From Phoronis australis (taxonomy: Eukaryota > Animalia > Phoronida), in contig NMRA01000220.1 of assembly GCA_002633005.1 (NCBI GenBank), positions 382,268-446,267 of the forward strand: a DNA stretch of 64,000 nt, read 5' to 3'. The first letter of the stretch is position 1. Every line of letters starts with the position of its first letter. Shown piece by piece: positions 53,701 to 64,000 of this stretch. The position numbers and the translations under genes are program-made. Below the pieces are notes generated by a model. That model was not told the DNA's origin, searched no databases, and saw only the letters and a list, made by a program, of their open reading frames with translations.

Positions 53701-56700
53701 ATGCTGAGATATGGGACTGAAAAAACAATACAGGCATAAATCACGTCGACCATTTTTTCTTTGGGGTTGTCAGTAGCTGTCCTTATAGTGCAGAAATTTT
53801 GCCTTAAAGTACTCGGAAGTTTTAGATAAGTCGACATGTTGATGTGGAAGTTTTTGAACATGATTCCGAGTTGTTCATAGAGTCTCTCCACATACGGAAT
53901 AGTATATTCTCACCAGTGGTTGCTCCGTCTCTGTTGCTTATCTCACATCTTGTTGCTATACAGGCAAGCATAAATTGCTGATCAATTCAATGCTGATATC
54001 CGCACTTGTTCAAGTGACAAGTGCATGCCCGCTTACACCGATGTCCTGTCACCCTCCTCTGACAAAATTTCTGCCTCAAACTTAGCAACATTACAAGTAC
54101 CGAGTCAATGTTATGACAACGGGTTGACACAGCAAGGGGAAATTACCCCCGGCAATACTTACGGAGAAAGGTGGTGCAAAATAAATGTAGGTGGTGATAA
54201 GGGGAGGGGCTTCGAAAAAACACTGCTAATCTTTGAGAGGCTTTATCTTCTGTCCTTGAAGACAATTGATCCTTATAACTATGACATTGAAATTTATCTT
54301 TTGTGGCAATGACAGCACAGACGATGCTGTTGATGACAGCTTTCATGAAAATAAATGAACATTTCCATTCTCAATAGAAAATTGGGCACAATTTTCGACA
54401 TGACTCAGGCTTTACAACTGAATTTGTGTCTGATTTTTAGCTGCAAAAATAAATGAATTAGGTTAACATAAAATGCCCGGACCTAAAATACAGTAGCAAA
54501 AACATGCACAAAATTATTCAAAATTTGTAGCAAACAAATTACAAGTGCAAATTGTCAAGCTCATGGTGAATATTTAATCTAAAAGGGTCGATCATCAGGA
54601 ATAGTATAACTATAATAGTCATGCACAACTAACATATCTGTGTTCACAATCAAAGGGAAGAATTGGATTACGTTATCAGTTAAAATCAAAGTACCAGTTC
54701 TTAAAAAAATGCCAGGCATAACGACTTTCATGCATAAAATGAGGACAGTAAATCTCACCAGTAAAACAAGGTTGAGCGTAATGAATGTATCTTCGTCACT
54801 ACCAACAGACTTCTCTCGCACAAAATGGAAGGTCTTTCTTTGTTCGTAAGTAACAGTTCCATTCTGGTTGTGAACCACATTGATCTTCTTGCGGTATTCT
54901 CTGCAACGGACCGCACAAGTCTCAACACAACATCGACTAACAGATACAGGACAGTTAAAAAACAGTTTTTCTAATTAAAGGTGAAACAACAAAATATTTT
55001 AAAAGAACCTCTCATGACAAAGTATATTGGATACCTTCTATAGTTGTTATAATAAAATTAAAGAAAAACCTTAAGATATAGTCAAAAGCTATTATCAACC
55101 AAGTACTTAGTGACATAACCATTAAATCACAAATAAAAACATCACAAATCAACAAAGAGCAACACAACACCATGGAATGTGCTCATGACAGCACAGCAAA
55201 CGACATGCTCCCAGAAGAGTATTGGTGGCCTCTAACTTGTGCAGAATATATATCAAACCCTTCCAAAAATGAGACGGTAAACTACGTAATTACCAAATTT
55301 CATGAAAATCTGTTATCAAGGAAGTTCTGCAAAGACACAGACTGGGGTAAATAAAATAGCCACTAGGAGCCCCATTATTTGTTGGATTCCATCCAACAGA
55401 AGTTAAGTGTATAGTAAACTTGACAAACTTTGCAATAAAGAGGTTTAGGAGACAAAGTAACAGATGCAAACAATATTTCTCCAGGGAGGCAGCAGTAGTC
55501 ATACCCACCCAAAAGTCATGGGGGACCATAATGACAATGTTCACAGAACAACATGCCAATTTAACAAAGATCCTGCGAAGAGCTAAAGAGATGCTGTTGC
55601 AGACTCAAAAAATTGCAACTAGAGTACCTGTCCAAAATTCAACATCAGCCCTTGGGTCTTCTTGGCAGGAACACATCTACCAAATTTCATAATGATCCTT
55701 AACACGATTTGCAGAAGTATATAAAAGTGGGTACCAATAATGGACTCGAGAATATAAAAGCGGGTACTGTAAGTGGCACAAAAATCCATACAATTCCTCC
55801 AAAAACAAAAAAGCTTAAGTTCTCATCTTTTAAAAAAGCTTCATTAAAATCCTGCAAGGGGTTTAGGAGATACCGCAGTGGAAGCCAGACGGCACTCCAG
55901 AGATAACGACAATATGCACCCACGTACTGTGTGAACAGTTCTTCTGCAAAGAGATTTTAGATTTCAGCCAACAGTTGAGCTTTCATCCTTTCTGAATTCT
56001 AATCCCAACTCTTATCCAAGGACATTCAGCAGAGGTCGCTAATTTTTGTTTGACATGTCCGAAACAAGTCAGTCAACATTGAAAAGATTCTGACAGGTCA
56101 TCCAGAAATTCGGAACCTGTGCAGTAGTTATATGTCTTTGTTTGCTAAGCTAGCTAGGTTATCAACTGCTATGTAAGACATCACCCCTGTAATGAAACTA
56201 AGAATGATAAACAACAGCTTCAGTTATCTTGCTGGGATTCGAATCAAATCATACTCAAGGGCCACCAATGTTCCGGCCTGTACAAAGGTTATCTTATTGT
56301 GCAATTAAGTGGAGAATAGTTTATATACTAGCCTTGTTTCACAGACTGTAATCATTTCGTAAGCCTATTTTTCAGAAGTGCGTAGACATAAACAGGAAAA
56401 CTCATTGATTTGAGACAAACTTCACCATCATGGCAGTTACAATTTAGCTAAATTTCCTCACCATGGATAGTCTAGCACCGCAAAGTTGATCAATTCTCAT
56501 GAATGTTGTGCATCTTGCTGTCTTAACAAGGCTTTGGACAATAACAAATACATTCTCACCAAGTCAAAGTTGACACCAACACAGCTGATTGAGTAGCCCA
56601 CCTGGGCAACTATCTCAATTTAAACATCCTGACAGCATTCGTAATGAATTTGTAGTGATATTCTATTATTTTTTTGCTTTAAAGATAATTCTTTGTATTT

Positions 56701-58806
56701 GATATCACTTCTTGTGAGGATTCAGTATAACACAACGATTGTGTTAATACTTTGTTCCTGAAAAACACCTCAATGTTTTGAACTATGAAGAGTTATACAG
56801 AACCCTGCCCAAAGACCTTTGCTCCTCAATGTAAACAAGATTTGTAATCTATAGTTAGTATAACTTATCGACTCCCTCATCACTGAGAGCAGGAATAGAC
56901 TGGCCTCTTTGACCCACCTGTAAGTATAGGGGCCTTTCTGTGTCACAGATGGCTTCTTTTTCCCAAGCTTCACTTCTTCTGGGTTGTTAACATGAAAGAC
57001 GTAGTACTGCATGTAGATCTCAGGGCTTGGCTCTAGGAAGTTGGCATATGTCTGAGATCCCTCGACAAGAATGACATTCTGAAATTTAACGGGTATCGTA
57101 TTTATATATTACAAAGCGACTATCAACGTCACATTCGTGAAAAGTCTAAGAAGATAAAATAATTACCGCCTGCAGCCACCTATGAAAAAACCATACCATC
57201 TTGAAACACAAACTCAAAATGATTTAAAAACACAAAATCACAAGTGTATGTGGGTACCATTTGTAAACCAATTTTTGATATGAATAAATATTTCACTACT
57301 TAGTTATAACATATACGGTAATTCTTTACTTATGTACAAAATATTTGCTAAAATTGTTATTTTTCTATTTTTCAAGGGCTGATTACTTTAATGTAAATAA
57401 CATAAACTCAACTAAATGATGTGTTATGATACCTGCACACAAAAACTTAGCTAACAACAGACTAAAATTTTTCTAACATATCTGTTTTTGTTGAGAAATT
57501 TGACAAAATAAAGTTTCTCTAGAACACCATATTTCATACTATATAGGTGACGAATCAGTTTTTACTATAAATAGCTTGCTATTTACATGTATAGGGATGC
57601 AATTTGCTAAACAGCAGTACTATTTAACTGACAAGAGTGTGATCAGCTCAGCCAATGAAAAGCCTCCGTAGCTAAACATTTTGCCCATTCACATTCACTG
57701 ACACATGCCAAATGTTGGAAAAAGCAAGAGCAGTAATCTAGGGCCCTGTTGGATTATTATCAGTCAAGAGGAATTCTTACCAAATCAAAAAGATACGGTG
57801 GACAATGTGTATGCTTCTTCACACTTTATACACGCATGCATGTCTCTGAGTTTCAAACAGCTTCATAAACAAGCTATTTAATTTTTAACTGTTAACTTCA
57901 TCTTGAGAATAATACAAGAACTGATACAATTGTCCCGCACATGGAAAACACAGATATTAACAAATATAATAACAATTAATGTAAAGAGGATCATTACTGA
58001 CAGATATCAAAATTATGAAAATACACATCTAAGGTATATAAAAACATAACACATAACAAATGGGATATTGAACAATCTCATGACAAATAACCAGACGAAC
58101 TAACACACATAACACACATAAACACACAACACAGAGAATAGGCTACATTGATGAGACTGACAATCAAAATTCAAGTTTGCTATATTAATGAAAGTGAATA
58201 ATATCTATTAGAAAAAATATTCAGATTCAAAGTCAAGTTCTTGAGATCAATAAATAAAAAATTAAGTATGCTGAATAATGTAATGTGTGGTGAATGGAGG
58301 AATTCACTACTTGAATCAATATGGCCTAGAAGAGATGAACGCATCGGTTCAAAGGACACCTAAGAAAAAAGTTCACTACTCAACGAGCTATAATTTCATG
58401 GGTCAGCTATGTTGGTTTTAAGCTATAACTATAGTATTTGGAGACGAAATTTTGCTATTTATAAATCTTGGGTTTTAGCTAACTAGTCACCATGGTATGT
58501 ATATTTCAAGAATTTGTAATAAAGTAAACAACATTAGTGCTAAACACCAGCATGTTTATAATGCAAGTAACTTGCCATGAAAAGTGAACTTTCACATTAA
58601 CCAAACAACTTGCAATAAAATGTTTTTTTCAAAGACAGCACCCTTTCAAATTCAAATAAACGAAATGGGTCATATATACTTACCTTTATAATCTGTTGTT
58701 TGATGATCCATTTAAAGAGTGGTATACAGGCACAGCCAATAGCCAGTACCAGAAAGCCAACCACAACCAGTGAGATCACCCTCCGCTTTGGTGTACAGCA
58801 GGCCAT
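41641..58806 (-). CDS. SCARB2: CD36-family class B scavenger receptor, lysosome membrane protein 2-like (506 aa, 13 coding exons)
   Basis: All 13 exons have GT-AG boundaries and consistent phases (1521 nt). Two TMs, GPYTYRE, GTDG, GFC..C.PSGLLDISVC, SQPHFY, KRLQIN, and a C-terminal DEQTPLL dileucine signal. Exact orthology within SCARB2/CD36/SCARB1 not tested. Confidence 0.93.
42738..42893 (-). CDS. SCARB2: SCARB2-like coding exon 12 (second TM)
   Basis: NFVVDDKDANKFK...IVPFVLIALAGVLLIIALGYGLCVFNFK. Confidence 0.9.
43732..43783 (-). CDS. SCARB2: SCARB2-like coding exon 11
   Basis: NLENVKPVYFPILYADE. Confidence 0.9.
44517..44590 (-). CDS. SCARB2: SCARB2-like coding exon 10
   Basis: DTGLVMKAIKRLQINTFLEPHEIF. 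Confidence 0.9.
45251..45644. mobile_element. P-element-like MITE in a SCARB2 intron
   Basis: CATAGACTAT...ATAATCTATG termini with a 7-bp duplication ATTACAC at 45244-45250 and 45645-45651. Confidence 0.75.
45687..45817 (-). CDS. SCARB2: SCARB2-like coding exon 9
   Basis: DGFPLPVYISQPHFYQGNQSLVDAVDGMHPNATEHRTEIDIQP. Confidence 0.92.
47582..47763 (-). CDS. SCARB2: SCARB2-like coding exon 8
   Basis: SVPGFY...GITLWRF...NPSNMGFCVPKGHCIPSGLLDISVCQF. Confidence 0.92.
49057..49225. repeat. 30-bp minisatellite (CCCTATCAGTGTGTATCAGTGGTAATGGAA), ~5.6 copies
   Basis: Identical units; ends at an N, so the array is probably collapsed. Confidence 0.95.
49559..49628 (-). CDS. SCARB2: SCARB2-like coding exon 7
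   Basis: DGTLCHPFVTTDDVLYSFSTEICR. Confidence 0.9.
50964..51013 (-). CDS. SCARB2: SCARB2-like coding exon 6
   Basis: ELPYWFSKEANAIVGT. Confidence 0.88.
52013..52126. repeat. 55-bp tandem duplication of the 3' part of SCARB2 exon 5 and its donor
   Basis: gttacctggacccattgtatttatc occurs at 52021 and 52076. Confidence 0.9.
52081..52172 (-). CDS. SCARB2: SCARB2-like coding exon 5
   Basis: KNDTTDGIYTVFTGETNTTLLGVVDKYNGS. Confidence 0.9.
53481..53675 (-). CDS. SCARB2: SCARB2-like coding exon 4
   Basis: TVANAMRNEP...LFINKTIREIVWGYHDPLL...GTMAG. Confidence 0.92.
54759..54900 (-). CDS. SCARB2: SCARB2-like coding exon 3
   Basis: EYRKKINVVHNQNGTVTYEQRKTFHFVREKSVGSDEDTFITLNLVLL. Confidence 0.92.
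56918..57078 (-). CDS. SCARB2: SCARB2-like coding exon 2
   Basis: NVILVEGSQTYANFLEPSPEIYMQYYVFHVNNPEEV...GPYTYR. Confidence 0.92.
58684..58806 (-). CDS. SCARB2: SCARB2-like coding exon 1
   Basis: MACCTPKRRVISLVVVGFLVLAIGCACIPLFKWIIKQQIIK|gtaagt. Confidence 0.9.
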
Positions 58807-61800
58807 GCTTAACACAGCATAAGTCAGACTATTTCCTCATCTCAGGTCAGCTGACACAAGAGCAAAACTGAAAATAAAACCAACCTGGTCTTTCAATGAA
58901 TCTCAGAATGCAACTGGAAGTCAACAAAGTTTGTCCCAGTGTACAACGTAAAACCACGTCATGCAGCTTGCTGAGTTCCATTACCAAAACCAGTAAAAAA
59001 TATCACACGATGGTAATCATAATGTCACATAGTCTCGAAACCAGCCTTTTTTGCATTAGAGTCTGCATGGTTAACAACTTTGACTCCAGCCAATGTTCTT
59101 TATCATTCAAGCAAGGCAGTGCATCTGAATAAGCTGCATACAAAACTTTTACGACATTAGCAAGAAAAAGTTGAGTCACAATAAGATGATGAACAGCGGG
59201 TTTATTGTAACCTATTGCATATGTTATTTGCTCACAATTTGTCACAAGAGCAGAACACACAATTCTTTTGGTTTACAATATCTTTGCATTTTCATCTCTT
59301 ATAAATTTAAATTTATCTGTCCAAAAAGGAACATTGTGCATTCGAAATTATTAAGCAAACTGAAGCGAAAAATTTGTCTTGGAAAATCGTACAGAAATAA
59401 AAGGAAATAAAGGAAAATTTGAAATGAAGTATATTACATTCATACAAACAAATCAGATCGTATCAATACGGTAAAAAAAAATCTTGACTAAATGGCACCA
59501 TTTTCGAAATGTTCATGACTCTTAGTACTGGCTGGGTGTGAGACTTTGATACTTTAGTAAAATTCCAGTAAACAACTGTCACATGATATCCAGGTCACCT
59601 TAATTGTGGTTAACTGGAGTCACATTGTGGAAAATGAGTTGATGTTGAACAAGGTCACAAGGCAGTGACTCAGCCTGAAAGCAGTTTAGCTTTCATGATG
59701 AGCAGCCCCATTCAAATTTCTGACTGCATTCTTTGAGGGAACAGTCTGTCTGATAAGTGATGGTGTATTATCAGTCTGTCCTGTAACTGTGTTGCTCATT
59801 AACCAAGAATACACAACAGAGGTTGGGACAATTAACAATATTGCGGAAAAGAATGAAAAAGTTTGAAACACTTACGGTGTATACTCCAACAATGGGTAAA
59901 TGTAGGCGAGACTCAAACACTTACAACTTATTAAGGGTTGCATTTTTTAAGCAGATTCTTACTGTAGATGACCCATAAATTATCAGTATCCCAAAGGGAA
60001 TTGAACAGCTGGAGTATTCAGTGAGAAAATGTTTCGTAACAGTGAGAATTCAGTGCGAATTTTGGTCTCAGGGAATATTCTGAGCATGCCAATGAATACA
60101 ACTGTTTTTGAGCAATTTATTTAAAGCGTAGATTGCTCAAATGGTTGCTTGTCGTTTAGTTCCAGCTATATACAATAGCATAGTTATAGCACAGCCGTCC
60201 TCAGCTTAATCGTCCCCAATACACTACAGGACATCATAAATGGTATTTGCACTGTCTAGTTTATTAATTAATACCTTGGGTGCTCACATATCATGCAGTG
60301 TATTCCACACCACGCCATTATACTTACTGGATCGTGTGGTTGAATGATTTATGGTGGATCATTTTTGACACGCGACAAAACATATTCTTAAAAACAAAAG
60401 CAATTTTCAACTAGCTACTTCATATTCACACTTTGTGTAGCTTGAAATTTGCTGGCAACATGCTGTTATAAACTCGAATCAGGCTGCAGACGTTTCTTCT
60501 TTAGATAATCATAAACACACAGGGGTGAAAATATTATTTTTAAATTTTAGTAGTTTGACAGAATAATATGGTAAATCTAGGAAGCACACAAGGTTTTGTA
60601 ATTTTGAAAATAGGACAGTGACGGATTGAGACTTTTACAACCTAAAATGTTTGTGTAATGTAAAAATATTATGCTACTCTTTTAATATTGCGGGTGTGCA
60701 ACATAATTGAGCCAATTCAACAAACCACCACGAGGCAGAGTTGGAGTTTGAGCCGAAGTCCCTATAGTAATCGTATCATAGCCATAGGCATAGCTAAGTT
60801 CTTGGCACGAAGTAGGCAATGGCCATCGCCTCTGTTGGCCCTGCCGGTCCGAATCTCACCTGAGGAAATCACACGGGGCGGTATTTCGGTGACTCATTGT
60901 GGACGACGGGGGAGAGATTACATCGGGAATATCTTCCTGACGAGAATAAGTGGCAATGCTACCTCTCTTCAAGTCACAGTGACTGAGTGAGTGAGCTGGC
61001 TGAGCTTCTCTGGCTCACGTACTGAGTGAGAAGATAAGAAATTAGATAGCGAGCCGACTAGAAATCATCCTAGACCTAGGTAGTCATCAAGACCGGTCAA
61101 CTCCATTACAAGAGCACTAAAAATTTAAGCATCGAGTTTCCCGGTTCCTTCCATTTCTAGAAAACAAAGCGCACATAATAGCAAGTATCAGCTTACCACT
61201 GAACCTGGTTCCTAGCACTGAATTAGCCACTAGCTAGTCAAAATGGTCGTTTCTTGGAAATCCTAGCGATCCCGACTCACCTGCTGTTCAATGCATCGTT
61301 ATTATACTGCGCCACTTTTGCCGGAATACAGTGACCCCTTGTGGATAAAAGCGGAACACTATTGGGAGTGCACTAAGAACCTGGCTCGTGTGGAATCACT
61401 GTGGGTATGAACGACTTAGAATACAGGGGCGGATCCAGGATTTTGAGTTAGGGAGGCCAGGGCACAGGAATAACCAGCATTCCGGCAGATGCGCGCGCCC
61501 AGGCTAAATTGTGGGGACGCAGAGGCCTCAAATGCGGACTCCTGGACTAAAAAAAACGTGCCACTAAACCGGGGTTTGTCCAGGGCCTATGCGTTGTTTA
61601 TTCACCCCCGGCGACGGAGCCACTGCTTGCGCGCATCCGCACTCCCAAATGGTGTCTGGTAGAATTTTAGGGGGCGGGCATGGCCCACGCCCCTTGGCCC
61701 CCCGGCCTATAAATCCGCTGGAATACATGAGTGAAACTTGACAATTCCGAAATAATCACATTCACATTGATGATTTGCACTGCACTAAAAAAAATTAGAT

Positions 61801-63580
61801 GTTTATGAATATAATGTGAATAAATTACCAACCTTTTTTCAATTATTGGTGAGATCTTGTTTTAAACATGCATGCGCGGGGCTAGCCTTGGTACAAAGCT
61901 GTATATAAATATACGCAGCTAGCTGTATTTTGACGACAGTCTTCATCATACTGCTAGCTCAGTGGCTGGCTGGCTAGCGCGGGGCCCACTCTATAGGCCA
62001 ATATCCACACTTGGACATTGTTGTCCTCGATCCGATCGAGGTTGTTACAGGCCTAGGCGCCGGGTAAAGGAGCCATTACAAAAAGGCTTTACTGAATTAA
62101 TTAAAGCATTTCCTTCATAAGTTATGCCCAGTAAGTTACAGTTTACTGACTGACATCACGCGCGGCCGCATCCTAGGCTCCGGCACTGGGATGAGTGGCC
62201 GGCCGACGCCACGGTGCCGACTCGGACGGATGCCACGCACGCAGCTGAAGAGAAATTTACGCAAAAGTGGCAGTCCACTATTGAAATCCAAATGGGCCTA
62301 TCTGCTGCATGCATGTGAGCTGCTATTCGGTTGCGAAAGGCTTTTACCAAAGATTCGTGTCATGGCACGTCCACTGATCGAGTTCCATCAGTTCGCGAAT
62401 CGTCAGTCGGCGCCACTCCGATGGCCATCGCACTCATTGCCACTCCTTCTTAGTAGATATCGATCATATATAAATCTAGGAAGTCCCAGGACATGTCACA
62501 AAATTTAAGAGATTTGAATAAATTTCCAAAATATTACACAGCATGATTGCTAACTGAGTCACCAAATCGACCTCACTATTCATGACCATTTTATTTCCAC
62601 TGAGGTGACACACAGCACTGAAAGAAGTGGGTGCGTGGGGGGCTACAGCCCCCATGGTGCGCCGCCCCGGCTGCATAATTTTAGAAATTTTAAATGGAAC
62701 GAAAATTTTGCATTAATCTCTCACATGTTCAGAGATTAGGGTGTATGGCTAGTTATACCAACAGCGGGCAAAGGTGGGCATTTTAGTTAGCCGCAGGCCT
62801 GCATGACTCAACCACCCAATAGAACAGTCTTGGCATCAAAATGGCCATTGTGTTTGCTGCAGGAAACTTCAGCATTTTAAACGTGACTTACGACATTTGA
62901 CGAGGTTAATCTGTTCCGTGGTCAGTTAATGACGCCCACATTAGCGGTTACATGAAGGACTTCCAAGATGATTCGCCTGCGGTTCCCTCCGGGCAAGCTG
63001 AGTATTTTTTCATTGGGCAAGTAAAATTCTAGGTTTACTTGCTCGACAGTAATCTTTTAAATTTTCCATACATTCATACATTTGGGAATTCAGTCGAGAA
63101 GATTTCAATGCACAGCTTTTGCATAGCATTGGTCACTGGAGACTACATGTATTAATAAAATAAAATAAAACCATATATATTTTTCCAGCCGGGAGGGCTG
63201 TTAGCTCCTTTTTCGTTATTTTTTTAAATCGTACATCACGTACTCGGTCAATACAATTAGGTAACAACGTGACAGAGCACGTCAACCATGGCTGTTCAGT
63301 TTCCGTTTTTTTTTTGAAATCATAAAGTGGGGACCAGCCGTCGTTAAATTGATCGCGTCCATGCGACCACAATGTTCGGGCAAACTTGGACTGCGTAAAA
63401 CACTCCATACCTGTACTTCATTGCCTTATCAAATGTTGTCCGTGCACCGATGGAACAGACCACAGTAATGGATTAAAACTTTCCTAATCTTTCTTTTGAG
63501 AAGAATGAATTTTCATGACAAAATCGAATTTCGCTTGAAGCCATATCATGTACTAAATATACTAGTGAAAAGGGAGGTAT

Positions 63581-64000
63581 ATTACCCTACGCCCAACTCT
63601 TATCCCAGTGAGTTACGGCCTGTCGAATAGCCAATACAATTTACATTACCCTACGCCCAACTCTTATCCCAGTGAGTTACTGCCTGTCGAATAGCCAATA
63701 CAATTTACATTACCCTACGCCCAACTCTTATCCCAGTGAGTTACGGCCTGTCGAATAGCCAATACAATTTACATTACCCTACGCCCAACTCTTATCCCAG
63801 TGAGTTACTGCCTGTCGAATAGCCAATACAATTTACATTACCCTACGCCCAACTCTTATCCCAGTGAGTTACGGCCTGTCGAATAGCCAATACAATTTAC
63901 ATTACCCTACGCCCAACTCTTATCCCAGTGAGTTACTGCCTGTCGAATAGCCAATACAATTTACATTACCCTACGCCCAACTCTTATCCCAGTGAGTTAC
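63581..64000. repeat. 64-bp tandem satellite with a 128-bp higher-order dimer (runs off window)
   Basis: ATTACCCTACGCCCAACTCTTATCCCAGTGAGTTAC(G/T)GCCTGTCGAATAGCCAATACAATTTAC x ~6.5; the variable base alternates G,T,G,T,G,T. Confidence 0.97.

Noticed and set aside
63581-64000. CRISPR-like array
   Set aside because: No unique spacers, eukaryotic context, no cas genes.

Overview
Eukaryotic genomic DNA from a gapped scaffold, most likely a marine invertebrate (inferred from intron-rich genes and the Kolobok/ISL2EU/hAT/P/Tc1/Gypsy repertoire). Host genes: (1) partial Sm D1 (SNRPD1) on the minus strand with a 12-kb transposon-filled first intron; (2) two tandem paralogous single-TM coiled-coil genes of unknown function (20097-20888 and 36864-37694, +); (3) a complete 13-coding-exon CD36-family/LIMP-2 (SCARB2-like) gene (41641-58806, -). 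The most unusual object is a ~7.1-kb Gypsy-type element (about 29212-36306, -) lying antisense in the putative first intron of the second TM/coiled-coil gene. It encodes HhH-Gag-zinc knuckle and a TTTAAAC -1 slip site that leads to a TatD nuclease, with no protease/RT/RNase H/integrase. Its 3' LTR position holds a full-length, intronless, polyA-less host PACRG-like CDS, joined to the LTR repeat exactly where the other repeat copy has a GTAAGT splice donor, and bracketed by a 55-bp inverted repeat. This looks like a splice-mediated host-gene-capture retroelement. All coordinates and translations were read by eye; no database searches were run.
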